DNA of 64,000 nt from an archaeon (GCA_018671515.1 JABHHN010000062.1:13746-77745); one strand, 5' to 3'; positions 26,756-37,286 are shown, counted from the stretch's first letter. Program-made: numbers and translations. Notes: generated by a model from the sequence alone, not told the origin.

Positions 26756-28048
26756 TTAACCTTTCAAGCCTTTCTGGCCTTCAAATGTTCCTGCAGCACT
26801 TTGCATTGTCCATCTGCTATGTTTTGCAAGTCTAAGTAAATTATTACGTCCATCATCACTTACCCCAGCATAACTAAGACCTGATTGAATTCCAGTAATT
26901 AAATTCGCAATAAAAATAGACGTATCACCTAAATATTCTACTTCTCTTTCTCGTCCTTCAGCAGCATCCCATTTAGGTCTTCCTTGTTTTTCTTTTGCTC
27001 GACTTGATGCACTTCCCCAAATCTTTAGTTTATTTGTTTTCTTATTATATCTTTTATTAAAATTTGGACTATCACTTGTTGAACCAAGTTTTGTACCCAT
27101 CATAATTCCTTTACATCCAGTTGCAAAATATTTTACAGCAATACCTGAATCGTTTACTCCACCATCTCCAACGACATCTACACCAAATTCTTTTGCAATT
27201 GTTGCAACATCATACAGACCTGAAATTGTAGGAACTCCAAAACCTGTTATTTTTCTTGTTGTACATGCATATCCTGGACCAACATTTGCTTTTATAATAT
27301 CAACACCAGCTTTACAAAACATATATGCTGCCTTTGGAGTAATTATATTTCCTACCATCAAAACAACATCTGGAAATTTCTGTCTGACATTTTTTATTGC
27401 ATCATACATCTGACCAGAATCACCATGTGCTACATCAAGCACCACAATATCTGCTCCCGCATCAATTATACTTTTTATTCTATCCATAAAATCATATCTA
27501 ATGCCTGTTGCTCCAGCAACAATTAATCTTCCATCTTTGTCAATTGCAGGTTCATATGACCTTCCATCAATAGAAATTTTATTTACTTTTGCACTTTTTA
27601 CTTTTCTGATATCTTTTGTCTGTTCTTCAATTGTCTGAAACTGATGAGTTACTCCAACTCCTCCCATAAGAGCTAAAGTAATTGCAAGTTTAGGACCAAT
27701 TACTGATTCCATATTTGAAGAAAATAATGGAAATGGTAATTTTATTTTTTTAGCAATAGTTACTGTTGTATCACAATCTCGCCTTGATGCTGATCCTGTA
27801 AATGGTACACCAGTTATATCATCAGGAGCCAATGCCATAAGCATATCTTCTCTTGCTAAATTAACAAGCTGGTTTAAATTATATCCACCTCTTGCCCAAG
27901 CCTCAATTCTTGCTTTTTCTGAAAGAATCCATTTATTTTGGTTCCCATCCCAAATAAACTGCGCATCCTTCATTGCTTTTGAAAGAATTTTGTAAACTTC
28001 TTTATCTATTTTCTTATGATTAATCTTTTTCATAAACCAATCCACCAA
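26756..28048 (-). CDS. IMP dehydrogenase/GMP reductase family protein (no CBS pair, N-terminal extension)
   Basis: TIM-barrel motifs LPFPLFSSNMESV, GGVGVTHQ, VLDVAHGDS, GNIITPKAA, VGPGYACTTR (catalytic Cys loop) and VVGDGGV. No CBS domains. An unusual ~100-aa N-terminal extension is present. Confidence 0.7.
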   Translation of the reverse strand: MVDWFMKKINHKKIDKEVYKILSKAMKDAQFIWDGNQNKWILSEKARIEAWARGGYNLNQLVNLAREDMLMALAPDDITGVPFTGSASRRDCDTTVTIAKKIKLPFPLFSSNMESVIGPKLAITLALMGGVGVTHQFQTIEEQTKDIRKVKSAKVNKISIDGRSYEPAIDKDGRLIVAGATGIRYDFMDRIKSIIDAGADIVVLDVAHGDSGQMYDAIKNVRQKFPDVVLMVGNIITPKAAYMFCKAGVDIIKANVGPGYACTTRKITGFGVPTISGLYDVATIAKEFGVDVVGDGGVNDSGIAVKYFATGCKGIMMGTKLGSTSDSPNFNKRYNKKTNKLKIWGSASSRAKEKQGRPKWDAAEGREREVEYLGDTSIFIANLITGIQSGLSYAGVSDDGRNNLLRLAKHSRWTMQSAAGTFEGQKGLKG

Positions 28049-28081
28049 ACAAATAAATTGTAAATAGGGTATATAATTGTT

Positions 28082-28672
28082 TTGGAAATATTTATATTAC
28101 CCAATGTAATAAATAATCAAATGAAAAAGAAAAATATTCTATTTATAATAACTCTAGCAACAATGATTTTTTTATTTAGTGCATGTACTGAATCAACACC
28201 AAAAGAAACTGCTTGTACAATGGATGCAATGATCTGTCCTGATGGAACATCTGTTGGACGTGTTGGTCCAGATTGTGAATTTGAAAAATGTCCTGACTTA
28301 CCCGTTGATGATGGAACTTTAGTAAAAGGATGTACAGAAGAAGCAAAAATATGTCCTGATGGATCTGCAGTTGGAAGGATTCCTCCTAATTGTGAATTTG
28401 CACCTTGTGATCCAAGATATATTGGTCCACCAGAAACAAATAATAAAAATGAAGGAGAAATAGAAGAAAAACACTATTGTCCTGATAGCAGTAGAGGTGC
28501 AGAAATCTGTACATTCGATTACACACCTGTATGTGGATGGTTCAATGAAGATATTCAATGTGTAAAATTTCCCTGTGCTCAAACATATGGAAATTCATGT
28601 GGTGCATGTTCTAATGAAGATGTTGAATATTATACCGAAGGTGAATGCCCAACTGATATGATTGAGGAATAA
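28082..28672 (+). CDS. Secreted Cys-rich lipoprotein with internal repeats and a C-terminal Kazal-like domain
   Basis: Probable start at MKKKN (28121). Lipobox LFSAC. Two repeats ICPDG(T/S)xVGR..P.CEF..C. C-terminus CTFDYTPVCG...TYGNSCGACSNEDVEYYTEGEC matches the Kazal pattern (PVCG, TYxNxC, xAC, C). Confidence 0.5.
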   Translation: MEIFILPNVINNQMKKKNILFIITLATMIFLFSACTESTPKETACTMDAMICPDGTSVGRVGPDCEFEKCPDLPVDDGTLVKGCTEEAKICPDGSAVGRIPPNCEFAPCDPRYIGPPETNNKNEGEIEEKHYCPDSSRGAEICTFDYTPVCGWFNEDIQCVKFPCAQTYGNSCGACSNEDVEYYTEGECPTDMIEE

Positions 28673-28941
28673 GGATTGACTTTTTTTTATTCTTTTTTAT
28701 TGTATTATTTTTGAAATCTGTAAAATATATTTAAATAATTCTTTGGGTCTTTGACCCTTTCTATATGCAAGGTCAAATTTGACTTTGCTAGGAAGAAGGC
28801 CTGGTAAGGCCTAAATATTTATGAAAAAATAATATGAAAAAATAAAAAAAAGTAAGTTACTTCAAACATAAATATAAAAAAGAATTATTCCCTTTAATTA
28901 CATCTACTAAATAAATTAATACAAAAAACAAGGTGATTAAT

Positions 28942-29541
28942 ATGGATTTTAAAGAAATTGTTATGAAAAGATATGCTTCCAAAGAATTTGATGGTAAAAA
29001 AATACCACAAGAAAAAGTTGATGAGCTTTTAGAACTAATTAGATACTCAGCTTCATCATTTAATCTGCAAACTTGGAAAGTTAAAGTAATTGAAGATCAA
29101 GAAACAAAAGATAAGTTGCTAGCAGCTTCAATGAATCAACCACAAATAACAACTTGTTCACATCTTTTGGTGTTCTGCGCAGATGCAAATATTATGTCAA
29201 ATATAAAAAAGATAGAAAAAATGATGAAAGATGCAGGAGTCCCTGAAGCAGGATATAAAGGATATATAGATATGATGATTGGTTTTGAATCAAGTATGAA
29301 TGATGCAAAAAGAGTTGAATATGCAAAAGAACAGGTTTTCATTGCTCTTGGAAATGCACTAAATGGTGCAGCATCTCTTGGATTTGATTCTTGTCCAATG
29401 GGTGGATTTAATCCAGTTGAATTTAAAAAAATATTAGAACTTCCAGAAAATCTTCATCCAGCTGTCTTATGTCCAATTGGATATGGTGCAGATGAACCAA
29501 AACCTAAAATGAGATTTTCAAAAGAAGATGTATTTTTTTAA
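28942..29541 (+). CDS. Nitroreductase family protein
   Basis: The KRYASKEF and SASSFNLQTWKV motifs are typical of the NfsB/NfnB-like FMN nitroreductases. The ATG at 28942 is preceded by AGGTGA (the track's GTG at 28933 is unlikely). Confidence 0.7.
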   Translation: MDFKEIVMKRYASKEFDGKKIPQEKVDELLELIRYSASSFNLQTWKVKVIEDQETKDKLLAASMNQPQITTCSHLLVFCADANIMSNIKKIEKMMKDAGVPEAGYKGYIDMMIGFESSMNDAKRVEYAKEQVFIALGNALNGAASLGFDSCPMGGFNPVEFKKILELPENLHPAVLCPIGYGADEPKPKMRFSKEDVFF

Positions 29542-30437
29542 TTTTTTTTATTATTAGTTGGTTGATTTTTAACTGAACCATCACTCATTATATCAAATAT
29601 ATGATATGGTTTACTTTTTTCTGCTGTTACATTATATATTGGTTTATCTGAAATGAAAACTCTACGATCATCTATAGGACTATGATCATGGCCACATAAT
29701 CCTAAAACTAATTTTGGAAATTTAGTATATAGTTTGCCAATTGCATTTGATCCTAAATATGTTCCTTTATAATTAAAATCCTCAAATTTTTCTGGTGCAA
29801 TAAGTTTTTCAGTTGGTAAATAATGAGTTGATGCTACAATATAATCAACATCATCATTTTTTTGATAAGCTCTTAATTCTTTTCTCAATTTTTTAAAATT
29901 TTGATAGAAAAATCCTAAATTACTAAACAAAATAGGATCTAATTTTCCTTTATACCTTTCTTCATTTTTTAATATTTGTCCTGCTTTTCTTAAAGCAGAT
30001 ACCCAATTATTTGGATCTCCATTTTTTATTTTTACATTTTTTTTTACAAAATCAAAAAAATCACCATTATACCATCCAATATTTCCTACAAAACCAATTT
30101 TTTCTATTACTTTTGGTTTATTATCCAAAAGATGAAAATCATATTTATTAAGTAATTCATTTAATTCATCTATATGAAATGGAACTTTAGAATTTTCCAA
30201 ATTTATTAAATCATGATTACCTAAAACATATAATTTTTCACCAGGAAATTTACCTAATTCTTTTAAAACATTTTCCACATCTTCTTTTGGAGTGCCAATA
30301 TCTCCTATTACAACTAATACATCTGCTATTAATTGTGAAATTTCAGTTGCATGTTCTACTGCTTTAAGACCATTTCTTTCACTTTCAATATGCATATCAG
30401 AAGTAGCAACTATTCTTAGTTTTCTCTCTAATCCCAT
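29538..30437 (-). CDS. Calcineurin-like metallophosphoesterase
   Basis: Motifs TSDMH, VIGDIGTP, GNHD and GHDH match the phosphoesterase signature. Confidence 0.65.
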   Translation of the reverse strand: MGLERKLRIVATSDMHIESERNGLKAVEHATEISQLIADVLVVIGDIGTPKEDVENVLKELGKFPGEKLYVLGNHDLINLENSKVPFHIDELNELLNKYDFHLLDNKPKVIEKIGFVGNIGWYNGDFFDFVKKNVKIKNGDPNNWVSALRKAGQILKNEERYKGKLDPILFSNLGFFYQNFKKLRKELRAYQKNDDVDYIVASTHYLPTEKLIAPEKFEDFNYKGTYLGSNAIGKLYTKFPKLVLGLCGHDHSPIDDRRVFISDKPIYNVTAEKSKPYHIFDIMSDGSVKNQPTNNKKN

Positions 30438-30496
30438 TTTTGAATTTAAGAAAAGATTTAAAACTAATATTTAAATTATAATGAAAAAATATTAAA

Positions 30497-30733
30497 TCAA
30501 AAAAAGAACCACATTACGCTAAATATAACCAAACCAACTATTGTTGCTAGATTAATTATCCATTCATGTCCTTCTAAATCATAAATCTTTACTCTATCTG
30601 TAAAGGTTCTTCTATAAAATACAAATTTATTGTATTTAATTTTAAAATAGTGCATTGGGGCCAATACGTAAATTATAACAATTGTAAACATTAATTTGTA
30701 ATTTTCACTGTATTGAGAAAAGAAAAACACCAT
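30497..30733 (-). CDS. Hypothetical small membrane protein
   Basis: 78 aa, two hydrophobic helices. Weak call. Confidence 0.25.
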   Translation of the reverse strand: MVFFFSQYSENYKLMFTIVIIYVLAPMHYFKIKYNKFVFYRRTFTDRVKIYDLEGHEWIINLATIVGLVIFSVMWFFF

Positions 30734-30819
30734 AAAAATTATGGAAAAAGCAATATACCAATAATAACTTCTCTTAATCTCTTTTTCGATCTTCTCTTCA
30801 TCAGGTTTAGTTTTTTCTT

Positions 30820-33348
30820 TTATTTAATATTTACTTTTGCTTTTTCCAAATCACTCTTAAAACGAGTGATTGTTTTTACAATATGTTCTTCTTGAGTCTT
30901 TAATGTTTTGGCAGTCTCTTCAAGAATATTTCCTTTGAATACTTCCTTTGACACTAAAATAAAGTTTTCTTTGTCGTATCTCTTCTTTTTTACTGCTGCT
31001 TTCCATTTCTTAAATAATTCAGATGCACGTCCAGGTATATGATTCATTTCACAATCAAGTAATTTTGCAGCACTCTGCATTATATCCATGTCTTTATTTA
31101 GATTCTGTGCTGCTGCATTCCCTGCAGTAAATTCAATCCTTACAATTCCATCTTGTATTTTTGATGTCTTTAAAATCTTAATCATCTTTGCCTCACCAGT
31201 CAAATTAAGATGAGTTCCACCACATGCCTCAACATCAAGTCCTTTAATATTTACTACTCTTAATTTTTTTCCAGGAACTGCTCCACCCTGATAAAGTGTA
31301 AAACCATATTCTAATTCTGCTTCATTTCTTGGCATAATGGTAGATTCAACTACTAGATTTTTTTCAATTATTTTATTTGCTTCTTCCTCAATTTGTTTTT
31401 CAGTTCTGCTATCAATTGCTTCAAAATGTGTTATGTCAAGACGTGCCTTATCAATATCTTTATTTGCACCTGCCTGCCAAATATGATTCCCTAATATCTT
31501 TCTTGCAACACCATTTATTATGTGAGTTGCTGTATGATGTTGTGCCAATTGTAATCTCCTATCAAAGTCTACTTTGCATTTAACTACATCACCAACTTTG
31601 AACTTTGGATTCTCTTTTAATGTATGGATTACAACTGCTCCTTGTTTGTGAATTTTTTCTACATCTTGATCTTGTATTGTTCCATGATCATGTACCTGTC
31701 CACCTGATGTTGGGTATAATATTGTATGGTCAAGTATCACATGTTTCCCAATTATTTTTAAGACATTTGCATTATCATCTACAATGTCATAAGATTCCCA
31801 ATACCTAATTTCTGTATCAGCTATTTCTCCTAATTCTATTTCTTCTTCTTTTTTTGGGGGTTTTGAAACAGATGCTTGAAGTTCTGAGAGTTGAGCATAG
31901 AAATTATCAGGAATAGAAATTTTAATGCCTTGTTTTTTTGCATGTTCCTGTATCATTTCAGGAGTTATTCCTTGACTTGAATATAATTCAAGAAATTTCT
32001 TATCTGAGATTTGTTTATTTGATTTTAATAATTGTTCAATTTTCTGTTTTGATTTTTTCTTTGTAGCATAATATTTTTTCTTTTCTACATCAAGGATTCT
32101 ATGTACATCACTAAGATTTTCAGATAATTCTGGAAATAATGGTTTTAAATATTCTGCATGCCATACTACAACATCCTTGATATCTATATTCCATTCATAT
32201 TTATCAATAAATGATAATGATCTTCTTAATATCCCTCTTAAATCATATCCTGATCCTACATTTGAAGGAAGTGCTCCATCAGATATTGCAAAAAGTAATG
32301 AACGCGTATGTTCTGCAATAGATAACATTGCTGCCAATGGCTGGATTTTTTCTTTTAATCTTTCTGTGTCCACACCTACTTTTTTTGCAACTACATTCCA
32401 AGTTTCATTTATATCTTCAACTTCATCTACATTTAGATATGAAGAATAAGGTAAGAATTTCATCATCAATTCCTGATCAATTTCTATTCCTGTAATTTTT
32501 CTTAATTTTTTTACAACTGTTGGAAATGTTGATTCATATGAAGTTGAAGTCCCTTTTGTAAACCATGCGTTCCTTTCATGACCCATCCCCATATCAAGTA
32601 CTTTTAGAGGAAGTCCTTTTCGTCCTTTTTCTGTCTGTTCAAACATCATATATACTTGATTTCCAAGTTCTAGACCACGTGAAAAGTATTCCATACAAGG
32701 CCCAAAATTTCCTCCACCTGCCCATGCATCTTCATGAAAGGTTATTTCTTCATTTGGAAGACCAAGACCATCTTTTAGCCATTTATGAATATCTCCAAAA
32801 ACTCTATTCTGATCCCATTGACTTTCAGGAACAAACATATGTTGACCAATCATTACAAAACCAGTATAATGTGCACCTGTAATTCCAACATTGTCAATAT
32901 CATTGAATCTTAAACAAAATTGTGGAACTACAAGTGGATTAGCAGGTGGTTCAATTGTACCATTTACAACATATGGCTGAAAATCATAAATTGATGCACC
33001 TACAAATTCTGCATCATCACGCCACCTTGCAACAACTGGATATCTTTTAATTGGTGTATATCCTAATTTTGTAAAGAATTTTGAGAATTTTTTCCAAACT
33101 TGGATATAATCCATTTCTTCTTTTGCAGGTGTATCACCAATAAAACGAAATCCACCACTACATGCTGGATCCCCGCAAATCTTCTGGTCTTTGTTTACCG
33201 TCCAAAAAAATGTCTTGCACTCACATTGTCTTCTTATATAACCTTCTGATTTTAGGTATTTAGTAGCATAAAAATCATCAGGATTCTCTGATGCTTCTTT
33301 CTTAAATTCTTTTTTTATCTGTTTATCTGTCTTCATGATTATCACCAA
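30820..33348 (-). CDS. alaS: Alanyl-tRNA synthetase, archaeal type
   Basis: Class II catalytic core. Editing-domain zinc motif HTATHIINGV ... CGGTHLN. A C-terminal C-Ala-like region. 842 aa. The start may be the MKTDKQ ATG at 33336. Confidence 0.9.
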   Translation of the reverse strand: MVIIMKTDKQIKKEFKKEASENPDDFYATKYLKSEGYIRRQCECKTFFWTVNKDQKICGDPACSGGFRFIGDTPAKEEMDYIQVWKKFSKFFTKLGYTPIKRYPVVARWRDDAEFVGASIYDFQPYVVNGTIEPPANPLVVPQFCLRFNDIDNVGITGAHYTGFVMIGQHMFVPESQWDQNRVFGDIHKWLKDGLGLPNEEITFHEDAWAGGGNFGPCMEYFSRGLELGNQVYMMFEQTEKGRKGLPLKVLDMGMGHERNAWFTKGTSTSYESTFPTVVKKLRKITGIEIDQELMMKFLPYSSYLNVDEVEDINETWNVVAKKVGVDTERLKEKIQPLAAMLSIAEHTRSLLFAISDGALPSNVGSGYDLRGILRRSLSFIDKYEWNIDIKDVVVWHAEYLKPLFPELSENLSDVHRILDVEKKKYYATKKKSKQKIEQLLKSNKQISDKKFLELYSSQGITPEMIQEHAKKQGIKISIPDNFYAQLSELQASVSKPPKKEEEIELGEIADTEIRYWESYDIVDDNANVLKIIGKHVILDHTILYPTSGGQVHDHGTIQDQDVEKIHKQGAVVIHTLKENPKFKVGDVVKCKVDFDRRLQLAQHHTATHIINGVARKILGNHIWQAGANKDIDKARLDITHFEAIDSRTEKQIEEEANKIIEKNLVVESTIMPRNEAELEYGFTLYQGGAVPGKKLRVVNIKGLDVEACGGTHLNLTGEAKMIKILKTSKIQDGIVRIEFTAGNAAAQNLNKDMDIMQSAAKLLDCEMNHIPGRASELFKKWKAAVKKKRYDKENFILVSKEVFKGNILEETAKTLKTQEEHIVKTITRFKSDLEKAKVNIK

Positions 33349-33595
33349 TATAGTATCTTGATTTAAATATTTTTATCTGTTGAAATAAATTGAAAATTGA
33401 AAAATATGTTTAATTAAAGTTAATGAACTAGTTGTATCCCGCTATTGCGGTTGCAGAAAAATAATCATATTGAATTCTGTTCATTAGAAAAAGTAAAACT
33501 CTTTTATATATAAGGATTTTGGCAAACATAATCTAAAATTAATTTAGAAAAAAATTAATAAAATTGAAAAAAAATCTTTTTTTAAAATGTTATAA

Positions 33596-33946
33596 TTAAA
33601 CTTCTCCTACACCTGGAATACCTGCTTGTTCATCAATATTTGTATTCAATTCATTAGGATTATTAATCTCTACGTTTGATTGTGTCAAATCTTCTTCTTT
33701 TCCATTTGGATATAATCCACATATACAATTAGTATTACAATAAACAGGAAAATCATTTGTACCACCACATTTTTCTTCTAAATTATAATCACTTAGTGGT
33801 CCATATGCTATTAATCCTCTGCATTCAACATTCACTATAGAAAAAATAGTGCATTTTTTTCCAGGTTCTGTTTTTGGAAACTCTGTACCACATGATGAAA
33901 TTATAGTAATACAAAGTGCCAATAATAAAATTATTTTTATTTTCAT
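33596..33946 (-). CDS. Hypothetical secreted Cys-rich lipoprotein
   Basis: Signal peptide MKIKIILLLALCITIISSCG. 8 Cys in ~90 mature residues. Confidence 0.4.
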   Translation of the reverse strand: MKIKIILLLALCITIISSCGTEFPKTEPGKKCTIFSIVNVECRGLIAYGPLSDYNLEEKCGGTNDFPVYCNTNCICGLYPNGKEEDLTQSNVEINNPNELNTNIDEQAGIPGVGEV

Positions 33947-34135
33947 AACTTAAAAAGTTATATTTAATATATTTAAAGATTACTATTATGAATTTTAGAT
34001 AAATAATATATTTAATAAAAAAGATATTTAAAATTAAATTTTTATATTTAAAATAAAAATAATTTCTAAAACGACATTTTTATAAACCCTTTTTAATTTT
34101 AAAAAAACAGTTAAGTTAATAATATTTAAGTTGGG

Positions 34136-36079
34136 GTGCAAAAAAACATGGGTAAAAATTCAAAACATAAAGTGAAGACTATGCCAAAAAGAAAAGTGCA
34201 TAGCAGCAATAGTTCTCATCCTAAAAAACATGAGACAAAACACAAAGTTAAACATACAGAAACACCAAAGTACGAAACAAAACACGTTTCAAAAAATAAT
34301 AATACAGGTCTATGGATCGCAGTATTTCTGCTTTCAATTCTTGTTGTAACAGCAGTTGCAACAGATGGATTCAAAACTCTTTTTGATAAAAAAGATACAC
34401 CTGCAACGAGTACAGGTGGAGAATATGGAACAGCAAAATTAGAATTCTATGTTATGAGTCAGTGCCCTTACGGTACACAAGTAGAAGATGCTATTGGTCC
34501 AGTTCTTGATAAATTAGGAGATGCTGTTGATTTCGAATTAAATTTTATATCAACTGATCTTGGAGATGGAACTTTTAAAAGTCTCCACGGAGAACCTGAA
34601 ACTAAAGGAAATATAGCTCAACTTTGTGCAATAAAATATAATCCTGAAAAATATATGGATATGATACTTTGCATGAATAAAGATGCAAGAGCAATACCTG
34701 ATAATTGGGAATCATGTGCAAATAGCAATGATCTTGATGTAGCTAATATTAAAACCTGTTATGAAGGACAAGAAGGAATTGATTTACTAAAAACAAATGT
34801 TCCAAAGGCAGTTGAAGCTAATGCAAGAGGTTCACCAACTATATTTCTAAATGGAAACCCATATAATAGTGGACGAGACACAACTGCATTTCTAAAAGCA
34901 ATTTGTGCTCAACTAGATGGACATCCTGAATGTATTAATCTTCCTAAATGTTCAGCAGATACAGATTGTATTGCAGAAGCTGATAAAAATGGAGTATGTG
35001 AAAATCCAGGAGAAAAAGATGCTAAATGTACTTATACAGATCCAGTTGCAGTTGCAGTTAAATTTTTAGTAGATGATAATTGCGTCGCGTGTCAGCCTGA
35101 ACAAGTAAACGATGTCACTAAAAATTTCTTTAAAGGTGCAGATTTTAATGAAGTAAAATTTGAATCAAATGAAGGGCAAGCTATGATGGAAAAATATAAT
35201 ATTGTTTATCTTCCAGCATATGTTTTTGAATCAGAAATTGAAAACACACTTATGTGGAAAACACAGCCAGGACTTGCTAATTCATTTATTAAAAATGATG
35301 ATGGCTCATATAGACTTAATCCTGAAGCAGTAGGTTCAACATGGGATCCTTATCAGGAAGTCTGTGATAATGAAATAGATGACAATGATGATGGTAAGAC
35401 TGATTGTGAAGATGAAAAATGTGGTGGAACAATGGCTTGTATGGAAAAATTAGAAGTGCCTAAAGTTGAAATGTTTGTCATGAGTCACTGTCCTTTTGGA
35501 ACACAATTTGAAAAAGGAGCTGTACCAGCACTAAAATTATTAGGGGATAAAATTGATTATGATATGAATTTTGTTTATTATGCAATGCATGGTAAAATAG
35601 AACTTGATGAACAATTAATCCAACACTGTATCCAGCAAGAACAAAAAGATATATATCTTGATTATCTTGAATGTTTCTTAATTGATGGAAATACAGATAG
35701 ATGTCTAAGTGTTGTAGATATTGAAAAATCAGATATTCAAAGTTGCATCGATAGTACAGATGAAGAATTTAAAATAACTGAACAATTCAATGACAAATCA
35801 ACCTGGTTATCAGGAAACTACCCATTATTTGATGTATCAAAAGACTTGAATACAAAATATAACGTAGGTGGTTCACCTAGCTGGGTAGTCAATGGAGTAA
35901 ATATAGATAGCGTTGGACGAGATCCTGCAAGTATATTAAAAGCAATCTGTTATGGGTTTGATGAAAAGCCTGCAGAATGTGATGAAGTATTACCTGCTGT
36001 TACCTATGGTTCTGGTTTTGGTCCATCTGATGAAAATGTACCTGCTGCTCCTGCAAGTACAAGTGGAAGCTGCGGATAA
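34136..36079 (+). CDS. Membrane-anchored extracellular protein with two tandem thioredoxin-like (CP[YF]G) domains
   Basis: Basic His/Lys-rich cytoplasmic N-terminus, one TM (LWIAVFLLSILVVTAVA), then two ~290-aa repeats beginning LEFYVMSQCPYGTQ and VEMFVMSHCPFGTQ. Many additional Cys. The Trx-fold assignment is a motif-level inference. Confidence 0.45.
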   Translation: MQKNMGKNSKHKVKTMPKRKVHSSNSSHPKKHETKHKVKHTETPKYETKHVSKNNNTGLWIAVFLLSILVVTAVATDGFKTLFDKKDTPATSTGGEYGTAKLEFYVMSQCPYGTQVEDAIGPVLDKLGDAVDFELNFISTDLGDGTFKSLHGEPETKGNIAQLCAIKYNPEKYMDMILCMNKDARAIPDNWESCANSNDLDVANIKTCYEGQEGIDLLKTNVPKAVEANARGSPTIFLNGNPYNSGRDTTAFLKAICAQLDGHPECINLPKCSADTDCIAEADKNGVCENPGEKDAKCTYTDPVAVAVKFLVDDNCVACQPEQVNDVTKNFFKGADFNEVKFESNEGQAMMEKYNIVYLPAYVFESEIENTLMWKTQPGLANSFIKNDDGSYRLNPEAVGSTWDPYQEVCDNEIDDNDDGKTDCEDEKCGGTMACMEKLEVPKVEMFVMSHCPFGTQFEKGAVPALKLLGDKIDYDMNFVYYAMHGKIELDEQLIQHCIQQEQKDIYLDYLECFLIDGNTDRCLSVVDIEKSDIQSCIDSTDEEFKITEQFNDKSTWLSGNYPLFDVSKDLNTKYNVGGSPSWVVNGVNIDSVGRDPASILKAICYGFDEKPAECDEVLPAVTYGSGFGPSDENVPAAPASTSGSCG

Positions 36080-36256
36080 AACCTAAATTTTTATTTTTTT
36101 ATTTATTTTTTTATTGAGTTAAAAACATTAAGTAAATTCTCTTTTTATCTAAAAAACATCTAAAATTGCATAACACTTATAAAATCTTCAATATTTGTTA
36201 TATTATAGTAATCAAATATTAGCAAACATTCTGACAAATGTTTAATATTATAAATA

Positions 36257-36586
36257 GTGATTCTTGAGGGGAAAAATTCTTTTCAAGATGGAAGAATCAA
36301 ATACAAAATGGCATTTAAAAGAAACGAAAAATCAATGGATAATTTTATAGACTATCATAATAAGAAATATTTTAGTGCTATGGAATATAGAAAAGAAGAA
36401 AAAAAAGATATAGATATATCTCAAAAAATCAAAGTCTCAATTAAGTCAATTGGATCCAAAGGAGATGGGATTGCAAAATTCAAAAATTATGTTGTGATAA
36501 TTCCTGATGTAAAAGTTGGAGATGAAGTTGAAGTCATAATAACAAATATCAAAGATAATTTGGTATTTGCAAAAAAAAGTGAATAA
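36257..36586 (+). CDS. TRAM-domain small protein
   Basis: The C-terminal VSIKSIGSKGDGIAKFKNYVVIIPDVKVGDEVEVIITNIKDNLVFAK matches the stand-alone archaeal TRAM OB-fold pattern (GDG ... GE.V.V.I). Confidence 0.55.
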   Translation: MILEGKNSFQDGRIKYKMAFKRNEKSMDNFIDYHNKKYFSAMEYRKEEKKDIDISQKIKVSIKSIGSKGDGIAKFKNYVVIIPDVKVGDEVEVIITNIKDNLVFAKKSE

Positions 36587-36589
36587 AAA

Positions 36590-36727
36590 ATGAGAGTATA
36601 CAAACAATTATCAAATTGCCTAATGTGCAAACAAAGATTTGTTGTTGAAAACCCAAAAATCAGAGCAAGAAATTATTGTCCTGAGTGCAAAAACAAATAC
36701 TTTGAAATGAAAAAAGAAATAGTCTAA
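36590..36727 (+). CDS. 45-aa zinc-ribbon protein (absent from the ORF track because <60 aa)
   Basis: MRVYKQLSNCLMCKQRFVVENPKIRARNYCPECKNKYFEMKKEIV has two CxxC pairs. It starts 4 nt after the TRAM gene stop. Confidence 0.35.
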   Translation: MRVYKQLSNCLMCKQRFVVENPKIRARNYCPECKNKYFEMKKEIV

Positions 36728-37286
36728 ATGGAAGAAAATAATCTTTTTTCAATTCTTAATATATAATTAGAGAAATATCAGCAAAATTTATTAAATAAAT
36801 AATAATAAAATTTATTTTAATCTACTTAAATAATCATTCTTCTTCCATTTTATTCACCTCATCTGAATCAAAATATTTATTGCATATACTTGCCCTATTC
36901 ATCTTGAAATTTTCATCATTATACACTACATTTATCCACTTTTTTTCTTCCATCTCTAATTTCCTCCTTTTCATAGAATTATTCTTGCATCCTTTGTTTA
37001 TATATGATGCGTGAGGACTTGTCCAGTGCAAGAAGTTTTATTAAAATAAATATTAATGATTTATTGTGAATTTTAGTTGTGAAATTACTTCATAAATAAT
37101 TTAGAAAGTGCAAAAAGCACTTTCTTTTATAAAAAAGAATTTTCAAAATGAAAATTCTTTACTTTAATGATGAAACTATTTTTTCTAAAAAAAATATAAT
37201 CTAATAAGCACAAACAATTCATAATATATATAAAAAATTAAAAAAAAAAAAATTAAAAAAAAAAGAAAAAATATTTTAAAAAATAC

